32,973 bases of DNA from a virus (Duplodnaviria; Heunggongvirae; Uroviricota; Caudoviricetes), in IMG/VR virus record IMGVR_UViG_3300035521_000566. One strand, written 5' to 3'. Below the pieces are notes generated by a model, which worked only from the letters and a program-made list of their open reading frames with translations, had not been told where the DNA came from and ran no database searches. Each line of letters starts with the position of its first letter. Position 1 is the stretch's first letter. A program made the position numbers and the translations under genes. Below, in pieces: positions 15,748 to 25,681 of this stretch.

Positions 15748-17556
15748 ATGTCAAATAAATATAAAGAACAGGCTAAAACACTTGACGACGTATTGTATAA
15801 GTTAAATAAATACGGAAAGTGTGCCATTATCCGTCCAACAGGATTTGGCAAAACTTTTATATTAACTGAGCTTATTAAGCACTACAAAAAGGTGCTGTAT
15901 CTATACCCGTCTGCTGTTGTACGTGATACGGTCGTAAACCGTTATTATGATAGCATCTATGATGAGAATACAGACGACTACATTGACGAGGACGGTAATA
16001 GCATTGACCCTGAGACGGTTGACACATATATTGCTTTAAAGCAAATCAAAAATGTAGACCTTATGACCTATACAAAGCTGATTCGTCTTACAAACGAAGA
16101 ATTTGATGCTATGGACTATGACCTCATCTTATTCGATGAAGTGCATCGAGTAGGTGGTGCCAAGACTAAAATAGCCGTCAATCATCTCTTTGCAGCAAAT
16201 CCAACGGCTCACTTTGTTGGAGCAACTGCAACACCGACAAGAATGGACAACTTCGATGTTGTATCGGTCTTTTTCTCAGACATCATGACCTACACCTATA
16301 CACTGTTCGATGCGATTGAATCAGGTATGATTAAAAAGCCGAACTACTGTTACTGCACATATGATACTGAGAAAGACTTAAGAGAAGCAGCCCTCACTGC
16401 TGGTGAAAATCCAGATGACGACGACATAAAGACTATCTTAGCATCTAATTTAGTCGAGATTTCAAAGATTAACAATATGCCTAACATCATTCGCACTGTA
16501 TGCGATGAATATGCAGTAACAACCTCATATATGAAGTTTATCGCATTCTTCAGAAACATTCAGCATATGAATGAGTCGTTAGACCAGGTAGTCGACTGGT
16601 ATAAGCAGGCTTATCCAAACCATACTGTATCTGTACTTAAGATTTCCAGTCAGAACAATACAGAGAAAAACAACGTAGAAAAGCTCAATGACTTAAAGCC
16701 AGTTGATAATCACATTGACATCATTGCCTGCATTGATATGATAAACATGGGCTATCATGTTGATAACCTTGCTGGAATTGTTATGTACAGAGGTACTAAA
16801 TCAAATACAATATTCGTGCAGCAGTTAGGAAGAGCGTTATCTGCAGGTGCAAACAACTCTGCTATCGTATTCGATGTAGTAGATAATCTGCACCGTAAGG
16901 CAATTTATGAGCTTCGTGCTTCTCTTGTATCAAAGCGTACAAAGACTGCAAAATCAAAAAGAAGAGCAAAGTCTACATTCTATAAGCTTGATGAAGACAC
17001 ATTGAAGATAGTCGCCGTAGACAGTAAAGGTAAAAAGACTCCATCCATGTATCACATCGACGATGATACAGGACTTATATATGACAACAAGGGCAATTTA
17101 TCAACCCTCGTATGGGACTCTTCCACAAACGAGGTTTATGATAATGGTGCTGATACAGATAAAGACATCAATGTCATTACCAAAGAATGTCTAAATGCAG
17201 TCGGTCATATGGCTACTTATCGTGAGCTGATTGCCAAAGCTGTTGCAGAACCTATGACACAGCGTTGCAAATTTGCACTTGAGATGCATTTCAGGTCATG
17301 GTGCTTAAAGCACAAGATAAAATATCCGATTTCGGATTCTGACCTGGAAAAACTATATGGACGCTCCAAAAACGAGTTCTATGCTGAATTTTGTGACATC
17401 TTGCGTGATAACAAGATAGCATATCCATTACAGGACGCCAAAGAGCTTCTTGCTATCGGCGAGAATGATTCTACTGACGTGCCGCTAAGAATATGTGCAA
17501 AAGCCAGAAACGTTTCTATCAAGCAGATATTAGACGTGTTCGGCTTAACAGCTTAA
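15748..17556 (+). CDS. Superfamily 2 (DEAH/ResIII-like) helicase/ATPase
   Basis: PTGFGKT, FDEVHR, GATATPxRxD, DMINMGYH and QQLGRAL motifs. Confidence 0.9.
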   Translation: MSNKYKEQAKTLDDVLYKLNKYGKCAIIRPTGFGKTFILTELIKHYKKVLYLYPSAVVRDTVVNRYYDSIYDENTDDYIDEDGNSIDPETVDTYIALKQIKNVDLMTYTKLIRLTNEEFDAMDYDLILFDEVHRVGGAKTKIAVNHLFAANPTAHFVGATATPTRMDNFDVVSVFFSDIMTYTYTLFDAIESGMIKKPNYCYCTYDTEKDLREAALTAGENPDDDDIKTILASNLVEISKINNMPNIIRTVCDEYAVTTSYMKFIAFFRNIQHMNESLDQVVDWYKQAYPNHTVSVLKISSQNNTEKNNVEKLNDLKPVDNHIDIIACIDMINMGYHVDNLAGIVMYRGTKSNTIFVQQLGRALSAGANNSAIVFDVVDNLHRKAIYELRASLVSKRTKTAKSKRRAKSTFYKLDEDTLKIVAVDSKGKKTPSMYHIDDDTGLIYDNKGNLSTLVWDSSTNEVYDNGADTDKDINVITKECLNAVGHMATYRELIAKAVAEPMTQRCKFALEMHFRSWCLKHKIKYPISDSDLEKLYGRSKNEFYAEFCDILRDNKIAYPLQDAKELLAIGENDSTDVPLRICAKARNVSIKQILDVFGLTA

Positions 17557-17564
17557 TCAGACCA

Positions 17565-17601
17565 AAGCCCTGACTTGCTACGCAGGTTAGGGCTTCTATT
17601 T
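17565..17601 (+). terminator. Intrinsic terminator
   Basis: AAGCCCTGACTTGC/GCAGGTTAGGGCTT stem followed by CTATTT. Confidence 0.75.
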
Positions 17602-17639
17602 ACTCATATTAGATTATTAAAAATCAGAAAGGAACCACA

Positions 17640-17930
17640 ATGAAACTTCATTTTTATATATTAGATTACGACGACCAAGTGCATTATCAGGCAGCAGAAG
17701 TAAAAGAGACACCTACAATGTACAAACTGATTGATAATGTTCACCACTATTATCATCGAACAATTGCTAAAACAGAAATTGGAAAGATAGTTGACAACTA
17801 TTTATTATGCGTTGTTCTAACTGAGCCAGATTTTGAAAAGGCAAAAGATATTATGATTGAGTATTTGAACAAAAAATTGTTGCCAATTCAGAAGCAACTT
17901 GAAAACATTAAGAACAGTACATTGGAATAA
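17640..17930 (+). CDS. Hypothetical protein
   Basis: GAAAGGA RBS; 96 aa. Confidence 0.7.
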   Translation: MKLHFYILDYDDQVHYQAAEVKETPTMYKLIDNVHHYYHRTIAKTEIGKIVDNYLLCVVLTEPDFEKAKDIMIEYLNKKLLPIQKQLENIKNSTLE

Positions 17931-17972
17931 TTGATTTTGTATATCTAAAAAGAATAATCAGAAAGGATAACA

Positions 17973-18542
17973 ATGGCAAAATTCAAATTCGTCTTAAAAG
18001 ACAAAGGTACAAGGAACCAGGGCTGGTGGCTGCAGCTATCAAGTATAGAAGAACTGACAGCTTATATAGAAAAGACATCACCAACACGCTACGGAAATGT
18101 GTTTGAGAACTTCTTGTTAGGCAAAGAATACAACGACACAAGCAAAGAGCATGTGCCACATCCGACAGAAGCAGACCTCACAGCAGCCATACATCAGTAT
18201 GCAGGTATGCAAAACATGAATTTCATAGATGCTATGATGTCAGTCAGAAATGAAGTGGCATTAAGACAACTACACGAAATACAGGAACACGGAAGTATCT
18301 TCATAAATTGTGTAGGTGGCTATCATAGTGCCTCGAAATATGATAAATGTTATGATATAGTATACAGAGACGATTTAATCTTTCCTAACTTTAAGAAAAG
18401 TGATATAAGAATAACAAAATTTCCGTATGGACAGCATTACTATGCATACATAGACGATATGCAGGTAAAAGACGGAGACACTCTGAAATGGAACACATAC
18501 GAAGAAGCCTATGCACAGGCAGAAAGGATATTAGAGGCGTAA
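17973..18542 (+). CDS. Hypothetical protein
   Basis: GAAAGGA RBS; 189 aa. Confidence 0.75.
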   Translation: MAKFKFVLKDKGTRNQGWWLQLSSIEELTAYIEKTSPTRYGNVFENFLLGKEYNDTSKEHVPHPTEADLTAAIHQYAGMQNMNFIDAMMSVRNEVALRQLHEIQEHGSIFINCVGGYHSASKYDKCYDIVYRDDLIFPNFKKSDIRITKFPYGQHYYAYIDDMQVKDGDTLKWNTYEEAYAQAERILEA

Positions 18543-18546
18543 AAGT

Positions 18547-18735
18547 ATGGGTTTGGTATATGACAGACACGAAGAAGAGATGAAACCACTGCATGAGCAT
18601 TTGACGAAAAATAAAATGAGCTTCAAACAATTTTTGCGGACTGTAAATTTTGCAAGAGATATGACACAAGAACAGTTAAATGCTTATATTGAAGGCTATA
18701 AAAATGGTAAATTTAGTAGACACGGATGGTATTAG
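18547..18735 (+). CDS. Hypothetical protein
   Basis: GAGG RBS; tightly packed after the previous gene; 62 aa. Confidence 0.6.
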   Translation: MGLVYDRHEEEMKPLHEHLTKNKMSFKQFLRTVNFARDMTQEQLNAYIEGYKNGKFSRHGWY

Positions 18736-18775
18736 AGATATAACATTTTTTATATTATAAGAGGAGGTGACAAAT

Positions 18776-19015
18776 ATGCTCAAATTGATTGGCTATACTG
18801 GTAGTTTAAGCTTAAACGAAGAGGACACTGAAAATTGTTATTTCTTTGAAGACAATAATAAAAGATTATACTTTTGGAAAACTCTCACTTCAAATTTCTA
18901 TAATTTATGCACGTATGACGGAAACCAAGTCGGAATAGATGTATTGAATTATATACGAACCAGTCAGAGAGCATTTCATAATGGAAAATGGTTTGATGGG
19001 ATTAAATTTCGATAA
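18776..19015 (+). CDS. Hypothetical protein
   Basis: GAGGAGGTG RBS before ATG 18776. Confidence 0.65.
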   Translation: MLKLIGYTGSLSLNEEDTENCYFFEDNNKRLYFWKTLTSNFYNLCTYDGNQVGIDVLNYIRTSQRAFHNGKWFDGIKFR

Positions 19016-19035
19016 AAGAAAGACAGGTTACAATA

Positions 19036-19428
19036 ATGATTGAGATAAAGTGCTTAACAGATGAGATAGGAGATGAATACTTACCAGAATGGACAGAAAC
19101 CAAACTGTATTCCAAAGAATGTGATTATGGTGACATACCAAAACGACAAGAGCAAATGATTATGTTATACAACGCCATTGTCAAAGCTGAAAATTACTGG
19201 TATATGCATACTCCAACAGCATTTGGAAACCCTGACCATTCAATGTATGTCGGCATAGTGCGTGGTATGATAAGTGGTTTAGGCTGGGATTATCAAGAAA
19301 TAAATCATCAGATTGTCATAAAATCAGGTAAACGAACCATTATGACAATACAAAAGCCTAAAAAGTCACAATCTTATCGGGCTGCTGCAAAAGATAATGC
19401 AGACACATTAAATGAACTGGGATTATAA
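19036..19428 (+). CDS. Hypothetical protein
   Basis: 130-aa ORF co-oriented in the gene run. Confidence 0.7.
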   Translation: MIEIKCLTDEIGDEYLPEWTETKLYSKECDYGDIPKRQEQMIMLYNAIVKAENYWYMHTPTAFGNPDHSMYVGIVRGMISGLGWDYQEINHQIVIKSGKRTIMTIQKPKKSQSYRAAAKDNADTLNELGL

Positions 19429-19544
19429 GGAGAACCCATTATGAATAAAAAAAAGAAGAACTATTAAAAGCGTTTGTACCGTTTTGATGAAATCATTACG
19501 AAAAATAGTTGAAATTTATTAGCAAAAGAAAGGAGCCTAATATC

Positions 19545-19793
19545 ATGAAACACGTAGTAATTTGTTATTCCATTCATAATCGTGAAATTGCCAGTTATGA
19601 CACATTTGATACAATGGACGACGCTAAAGCGTTCTTAGAAAAGGATGCTCAAAACACATATGATGAAGAACTTAACAGTGCCTTAGAAAGTGAAAAAGAC
19701 CAAATAGAGCTTACTATTGATGACGACACAGCCTATTTATCGTCTCACAACGACGAATATTTATGGACCTGGGAAATCATATCAATTTCATAA
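19545..19793 (+). CDS. Hypothetical acidic protein
   Basis: GAAAGGAG RBS before ATG 19545. Confidence 0.7.
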   Translation: MKHVVICYSIHNREIASYDTFDTMDDAKAFLEKDAQNTYDEELNSALESEKDQIELTIDDDTAYLSSHNDEYLWTWEIISIS

Positions 19794-19807
19794 GGAGGTG
19801 AATAGTA

Positions 19808-20569
19808 TTGAAATGTACTGACCATTTAGGCAACGAATTTCCGTCAGTTAGTGCTATGTGCAGATATTGGAAGATAAATAAAAGAACATATAGTCGCAGA
19901 TTAAAAAATGGTCAGTCTGTAGCTGATGCTTTATCAATAAAGACAAAAGCCTCAAACAGAAGTAAAAGTGTTACTGACCATTTAGGTAACGAGTTTCCAT
20001 CTATTAGTGCTATGTGTAGACATTACAATACAAATAGCTCAAGTTACAAATACAAACTTGATAAAGGTTTATCACTTGAAGAAGCCTTAACAAAATCAAG
20101 CCCTATGGCAATATGTGTTACTGACCATTTAGGAAATAAGTTTCCATCTATCAGTGCTATGTGCAAGTATTGGAACATATCTGATAATAGCTATAAAAAG
20201 CGTATGCATCAAGGTTGGACAATGAAAGATGCACTAACGAAAACAGTATATACAAATGTACCAATCATAGACTTATACGGAAATGAATTTTCAAACATAA
20301 AGTCAATATGTGCATATTATAACCTTTCAATACCCACATATAAAGCAAGACTACGAAACAACTATTCTCAGATTGAATGTCTTGGAATAATACCATGCAT
20401 TAACAGTGTATCTTATAATTTAAAGATTATACCTAATCTCACCATTATTAAAAACATTGTTAATGACTATTACTTATGCAACTATCAGAACCATGAAGTT
20501 GCACTACTAAAAGACGATATAATTGAGTTTGCAACAGAATATTTGAAATCACATCAGGAAAGGAGATAA
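19808..20569 (+). CDS. DHxGN-repeat putative DNA-binding protein (4 repeats)
   Basis: Repeats of DHLGNEFPSISAMCxxW/Y...YxxRLxxGxSxxxALT; TTG start after AGGAGGTG. Confidence 0.8.
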   Translation: MKCTDHLGNEFPSVSAMCRYWKINKRTYSRRLKNGQSVADALSIKTKASNRSKSVTDHLGNEFPSISAMCRHYNTNSSSYKYKLDKGLSLEEALTKSSPMAICVTDHLGNKFPSISAMCKYWNISDNSYKKRMHQGWTMKDALTKTVYTNVPIIDLYGNEFSNIKSICAYYNLSIPTYKARLRNNYSQIECLGIIPCINSVSYNLKIIPNLTIIKNIVNDYYLCNYQNHEVALLKDDIIEFATEYLKSHQERR

Positions 20570-20574
20570 ACAAG

Positions 20575-21678
20575 ATGGCTAATCAGCACACAACGCAAAA
20601 GTGGATAGACCATAAGGGTAACGAATTCAAGTCTCTGTCTGCAATGGCACGATATTGGAACATACCGAATTCCACATTGCAAAACAGACTTGTTAGTCGA
20701 CATATGCCAATAGAACAGGCACTTACCCTGACATATGAACAAGCTAAATGCTTAAGCACACAGTGTACAGACCACTTAGGAAACATCTATCCGTCTAAAC
20801 AGGCTATGTGTGATGCTTATCATATTGATAGACAGATATACTTTGGCAGAATCGGTTTAGGCTGGTCGGTAGAAAAAGCACTTACTACGCCAGTCGATTA
20901 TACACCAAAGAACTCTAAAGCTATTATCGACCATCTTGGAAACGAATTCACTTCTATTTCTGATATGTGCAAATTTTGGAATATGACACGCTCTACTTAT
21001 AATGCCAGAATCAAGAACGGCTGGTCAATAGAAAGAGCTCTGACTGAACCTCAAAGACAAGTGAATATGAAACGTCAGAAATGGACTGACCATAAGGGTA
21101 ATGATTTTCCATCATTAAATGCTATGTGTGAGGCTTATGGTATTACCCATCACACATTTCATACCAGAGTTACTAAATTAGGCTGGTCAGTAGAGAAAGC
21201 ACTGACAACGCCTAATATCATAAATGCAACAGAATGTAGTGATAATATGGGACACACTTTTCCGTCTTTGACAGATATGTGCCACTATTATGGAATACCG
21301 CCCTACAGACTACAGGGAAAAACATTAACAGAAGAAAAGCTTCAAACCTGCTTGACATCACATTTTAAAGCCAATACGAAAGTAGGAGATGTTACAGTCG
21401 TAAAATGTATTGAATTTCCATATTATTTGATTAAAAAGGACTCACATGAGTTCGTCATTTCATTCGATGAGTTAGTACAAATATATCACAACGACAACTT
21501 TCATCCAATACCGAAAAACAAACTAAAAGATGAAAATCTTATCATCAAAGAATCAGTTGGTTTTCCGTATTATAATATCGAAATTAACGGAGAGTCTGCC
21601 GTGTGGGATTACTGGCAGATTATTCAATACAGACACGACTCAAACTTCGGACTTTCGTCACTTAGAAAAGGAGAATAG
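20575..21678 (+). CDS. DHxGN-repeat putative DNA-binding protein (5 repeats plus duplicated C-terminal FPYY domain)
   Basis: Five repeats, three ending GWS[VI]E[KR]ALT; two C-terminal FPYY...HxxNF units. Confidence 0.8.
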   Translation: MANQHTTQKWIDHKGNEFKSLSAMARYWNIPNSTLQNRLVSRHMPIEQALTLTYEQAKCLSTQCTDHLGNIYPSKQAMCDAYHIDRQIYFGRIGLGWSVEKALTTPVDYTPKNSKAIIDHLGNEFTSISDMCKFWNMTRSTYNARIKNGWSIERALTEPQRQVNMKRQKWTDHKGNDFPSLNAMCEAYGITHHTFHTRVTKLGWSVEKALTTPNIINATECSDNMGHTFPSLTDMCHYYGIPPYRLQGKTLTEEKLQTCLTSHFKANTKVGDVTVVKCIEFPYYLIKKDSHEFVISFDELVQIYHNDNFHPIPKNKLKDENLIIKESVGFPYYNIEINGESAVWDYWQIIQYRHDSNFGLSSLRKGE

Positions 21679-21679
21679 C

Positions 21680-22741
21680 ATGACAAAACATACGCTTTTT
21701 AGCCGATTAAGAGCACCAAAGACTTCAGACAGAATTTTGCTTCTGACACACACTGATATGGATGGAGCTGGAGCTGCAATCTTAGCAAAGCTTCTCTTTC
21801 CAAACTTAGAAATCAAGCATTGTTCAAACGGCAATATGTCATATGAGATTAAGAATGCCGTAATGAATGCTGAATTAAATAAGAATTTTGACATGTTTAT
21901 TGCATGTGACATCTCATGCAACGAGCATGACGCTGAGGTTATTCAGAAGTCACCAAATTGCAGCAAGCTTGTTGTATTGGACCACCATATGACAGCCTCA
22001 GACTTGAATGAGTATGCTTGGGCTTGTGTAACAAACGCTATACCAGTAGATTCTTACAGATTAACTGAAGGCTATGTCTCTGACAACTGCTCATCTTCAG
22101 GAACATCTCTTATGTATGATTATTTGGATTACTGTGGTCTTATCAAACCTAATATCCCACACCTGGACTTATGTAAAAAGATTGTAGACGCAATTGCTCT
22201 TTACGACACATGGGACTGGGCAAACATATATGACCGTGAATCAACAATTCCATACGAGCTGAATACATTGTTTGATATTTATGATACTGATGCCTTTGAA
22301 GACAGCATGATTTCAAAAATCAAAAATAATTTATGCAATACTATGCTGGATGATACAGACATAATGGTACTCGCTATCGAGCAGCATCGCATCAACAATC
22401 ATCTTGCTGGCGTAGAAAAAGGCTTTCACACAGGCAATCTCAAGATGAATAATAAGTATTATTCAGTCGTATTCTGCAGCAATGACAAGTATCTGAATAA
22501 CACATTTGACCATATGAAAGACATATATCCTGATTATGACTTATACATCATCAATTACGGCAGTGGTATCGGTGTCAGAGCCACAAAGCCAGACATCAAT
22601 GTTGGTGCAATTTTAAAGACCATCGGTGGCGGCGGTCACGCTGGTGCTGGTGGCGTCAAGATTTCACTCGAAAATCAGGCAGCTTATCTTGCAAACGCAC
22701 TTTCAGCTGACTTATATGTCGACGACCCTAAAGACAAATAA
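21680..22741 (+). CDS. DHH/DHHA1 phosphoesterase, NrnB/YngD-like nanoRNase
   Basis: THTDMDG, CDIS, LDHH, YDTWDW and GGGHAGAGG motifs; start moved to ATG 21680 by the AAGGAG RBS. Confidence 0.85.
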   Translation: MTKHTLFSRLRAPKTSDRILLLTHTDMDGAGAAILAKLLFPNLEIKHCSNGNMSYEIKNAVMNAELNKNFDMFIACDISCNEHDAEVIQKSPNCSKLVVLDHHMTASDLNEYAWACVTNAIPVDSYRLTEGYVSDNCSSSGTSLMYDYLDYCGLIKPNIPHLDLCKKIVDAIALYDTWDWANIYDRESTIPYELNTLFDIYDTDAFEDSMISKIKNNLCNTMLDDTDIMVLAIEQHRINNHLAGVEKGFHTGNLKMNNKYYSVVFCSNDKYLNNTFDHMKDIYPDYDLYIINYGSGIGVRATKPDINVGAILKTIGGGGHAGAGGVKISLENQAAYLANALSADLYVDDPKDK

Positions 22742-22789
22742 CACCAGAAGAACTTTTTTATCTATAATGTTTCAAAACAGGAGGTATAC

Positions 22790-23167
22790 ATGCAGACATT
22801 TTATAAAAAGTATCACAACAAGAGTGTAGAAGACGGCATCTCTGTAATGAGCAAAGAAGCCAAAAGCTTTGTCACTGCATTTCGAAATATGTTAAAGCGT
22901 GAGCTTTCACCATACGGAATCGAGGTTCTTTCGTTAAAGCCAAATCATTATGATTGCTCAGGCTTTGTAAAGAAAGATGATAAATATGTTTATATACATT
23001 ATTCGATTCCACGATACGGAACTTATATCAATTTTAAAAATGCAAGCTTTCAGAATGGTGTTCTTATAAGGCTTGCTGACAATGACCATGATTTCAAAGG
23101 TTATGACAACCACTTCAGCAGCATTTATGACCTGCCAACATCTATCAGAAGATTATTGGAGTCATAG
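22790..23167 (+). CDS. Hypothetical protein
   Basis: AGGAGG RBS; 125 aa. Confidence 0.75.
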   Translation: MQTFYKKYHNKSVEDGISVMSKEAKSFVTAFRNMLKRELSPYGIEVLSLKPNHYDCSGFVKKDDKYVYIHYSIPRYGTYINFKNASFQNGVLIRLADNDHDFKGYDNHFSSIYDLPTSIRRLLES

Positions 23168-23180
23168 AAAGGAGTATATT

Positions 23181-23471
23181 ATGGAAGTTACAAAAATGCT
23201 GACACTTTCAACTGCTCACATTACAGAACAAACAGCAAGAGCATTAGACAACGAGCCTGACTCAGACAAGCTAAATCTTTGTGTTTATCCAAAATCAGAA
23301 TTTGGTTGGTATATTGCTATCACTGATAATATTGATGAAATAATCAATGATAAGGGTATGCCTGAAGATTTAGCTGATGCAATTCGACTGACTAAAGACT
23401 TGGATTGCAAGACCTTATGCTTTGACTGTGATTGTGAACCATTATCGTATCTGAAAACATACAGCTGGTAA
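23181..23471 (+). CDS. DUF5983-like protein
   Basis: MLTLSTAHIT...GW...P.DL...FDCD...L..YSW pattern; GAAAGGAG RBS before ATG 23181. Confidence 0.6.
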   Translation: MEVTKMLTLSTAHITEQTARALDNEPDSDKLNLCVYPKSEFGWYIAITDNIDEIINDKGMPEDLADAIRLTKDLDCKTLCFDCDCEPLSYLKTYSW

Positions 23472-23484
23472 AGGAGAATACAGT

Positions 23485-23901
23485 ATGAAATATTATGATA
23501 TTTATATAACAGTAGAAGGCGATAGTAAAGAAGGTTACTCTGTTTTCATAGACGCAGAAGATGAAAAGACAGCAGTTGCTAAACTGAAATCTGAAAACTT
23601 ATGTGAGGACCCTGACGATGTGAATCACATCAAAGCCATCACACCGATTTCACTCACACAGTTCTGTCAGGAAAAAGGAATTCCTGTTCCAACCAGAACC
23701 TTAGATGTAACTTGCACATGTCAAGCATATTATACAAGTAGCATCGAAGTTCCCGCAGATTTTACGCTCAAACAAGCAATAGAGTATGCAAAGGACCATA
23801 TTCGTGACATTCCAATTCAGAGTTCATTAGAATATGTGAGCGAGTCTGATGAACTCGATGAAGAAAATTGCGAATTTGACAACCACTGTCCTGATATGTA
23901 G
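23485..23901 (+). CDS. Hypothetical protein
   Basis: AAGGAG RBS; 138 aa. Confidence 0.7.
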   Translation: MKYYDIYITVEGDSKEGYSVFIDAEDEKTAVAKLKSENLCEDPDDVNHIKAITPISLTQFCQEKGIPVPTRTLDVTCTCQAYYTSSIEVPADFTLKQAIEYAKDHIRDIPIQSSLEYVSESDELDEENCEFDNHCPDM

Positions 23902-23909
23902 GTGATTTT

Positions 23910-24875
23910 ATGAAAAGAAATACTACCAGACGTACAGAATTTATTGACCATAAAAATAACATATTCCAATCTCTTGACGAAATGTGCAATTACTGGAATG
24001 TATCAAAAGGTACTTACCAAGACAGATACCGCAAACATTGGTCAACCGAGGAATGCCTCACAGGTCGCAAGCGTGTTACAGCCCGTTATATAGACTGCAT
24101 TGACCATAAAGGGAATAAATTCTCGTCAGTTAAAGAAATGTGTGATTATTGGAACATCAAATACTCTACATTTCTGGGACGACGTAGACGTGGTTATTCT
24201 ATTGAAGAGGCACTGACATACGCAGGTAACGATAATCAATTTCAAGTGAAAGACCATCTTGGAAACATATTTTCCAGCATAGACGAGATATGTAACCATT
24301 ATGGAATCACTGTTTCTATGTATTATCAGCGTCTCAACAAAGGCTGGTCATTAGAAAAGACGCTGACAACAAGACCTCGATACAAGAAAAAAAGGTTAAA
24401 TGAATCCAAGATAGAACGCACAGACCATAACGGTACAACATATAAATCTGTAAAAGATATGTGCAAAAACCATGGAATCGAAACCTTAACATATCTTCGA
24501 AGATTGGAACGTGGCTGGGACAAAGAACAGGCTTTGACCCAAGAGATAGACACGACAAAACACGGAATGCAAATGGTTGACCCATACGGCAAAACATACC
24601 CTATGCTGAAAGATATGTTAAATGCATATTCCATCAATATGTCAACATATCAGGAACGCAATAGAAAAGGATATTCTTTAGCCGAATGTCTGGGTATTGT
24701 TCCACTTCTAAATGACAAAATAAAGGACTACAAAGTCAACGACAACTTTGTCATATTAGAAGAAATTGAAGAAACAAATGATGATGCAAAACTCTTTTTC
24801 TTATGCATTGTTAACGGTCATGAAGTCATCATGCGTAGAGAAAATGTCATCAACTATTGTCTAAATGCATCATAG
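23910..24875 (+). CDS. DHxGN-repeat putative DNA-binding protein (5 repeats)
   Basis: Five repeats; C-terminal ECLGIVP...FLC...HEV domain shared with 19808..20569. Confidence 0.8.
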   Translation: MKRNTTRRTEFIDHKNNIFQSLDEMCNYWNVSKGTYQDRYRKHWSTEECLTGRKRVTARYIDCIDHKGNKFSSVKEMCDYWNIKYSTFLGRRRRGYSIEEALTYAGNDNQFQVKDHLGNIFSSIDEICNHYGITVSMYYQRLNKGWSLEKTLTTRPRYKKKRLNESKIERTDHNGTTYKSVKDMCKNHGIETLTYLRRLERGWDKEQALTQEIDTTKHGMQMVDPYGKTYPMLKDMLNAYSINMSTYQERNRKGYSLAECLGIVPLLNDKIKDYKVNDNFVILEEIEETNDDAKLFFLCIVNGHEVIMRRENVINYCLNAS

Positions 24876-24883
24876 TTAAGTAC

Positions 24884-24920
24884 AGGGTGTTAGCACATTG
24901 CAATGTGCTAATGCCCTTTA
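24884..24920 (+). terminator. Long palindrome/terminator-like hairpin
   Basis: AGGGTGTTAGCACATTGCAATGTGCTAATGCCCT with a perfect 22-bp palindromic core (24890-24911) and a short T tract. Confidence 0.6.
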
Positions 24921-25020
24921 AAATTCTTAATGTTTCTATAAATCCAATTAGAAACATTAAATAAATAACATTAAATAAATGATTGTATAACAAAATCAAT
25001 AACTAAGAGAGGTATAAGTA

Positions 25021-25350
25021 ATGAATATAAATAACGATACGGAACTTGCCAACATAGTTTGCAATGACCTTAAAGTAATATGTCATCTTGAAAAAGTGTT
25101 AGATATTCTTGAAAGCATCGGCATTGTTATCGAAGGTGATTCTGACGATGGGCATATTGGCTGCCAGCTGTATTCAGCAATATCAGCAGCATACAGTACC
25201 GTCGAAGATTTCATCAATGCCGATGAATCAAAAATTGACAATGCTTCAAATGAAATTGCAGACTTTGTGAATGGTTTTAATTCAGGTCTTAAGACAGACG
25301 CAGACATAATACCATTTCTAATGTCTATGAAGGATAAATACAAGAGGTAA
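25021..25350 (+). CDS. Hypothetical protein
   Basis: GAGGT RBS; 109 aa. Confidence 0.7.
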   Translation: MNINNDTELANIVCNDLKVICHLEKVLDILESIGIVIEGDSDDGHIGCQLYSAISAAYSTVEDFINADESKIDNASNEIADFVNGFNSGLKTDADIIPFLMSMKDKYKR

Positions 25351-25354
25351 AGCT

Positions 25355-25681
25355 ATGTCCAAGACACCAGAAGAAATTGTGGCTCACTTAAACAAAATAA
25401 AGCCCATTATAGAAACTGTAAAACCCTTATTCTCAGAATATGTAAATATGCTATATTCAATTAGCGACGACAGTGAAGATACTTTAGTCTCTTTGTACTG
25501 TATAAGTTTTGCTATTGTGCTGCCTGATACATCTGTTGACTCAAATATCTTATTGACATACGCTGCGAAATACATTGACAAAGATATAGATTTTCAATTC
25601 AGTATATCAGTCAAAGACAAACGCACAGAATTAAAAAACACAGCTGAATATATGCACAAATGGATAGAGAATAAATTATAA
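25355..25681 (+). CDS. Hypothetical protein
   Basis: GAGGT RBS; 108 aa. Confidence 0.7.
   Translation: MSKTPEEIVAHLNKIKPIIETVKPLFSEYVNMLYSISDDSEDTLVSLYCISFAIVLPDTSVDSNILLTYAAKYIDKDIDFQFSISVKDKRTELKNTAEYMHKWIENKL

Noticed and set aside
19441-19490. Second homopolymer-frameshifted gene (RBS, ATG, A8 tract)
   Set aside because: The frames checked close within a few tens of codons and there is no paralog to support a gene.
21530-21679. N-terminal extension of the DHH protein as given in the ORF track
   Set aside because: It overlaps the upstream gene by ~150 bp; a strong RBS supports ATG 21680. Similar start corrections were applied at 11222, 11983, 12600, 13595, 19545 and 23181.
19808-24875. 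Homing endonucleases or DGR-diversified targets
   Set aside because: No HNH, GIY-YIG or LAGLIDADG motif; no reverse transcriptase in the window; repeat differences are not evidently adenine-specific.
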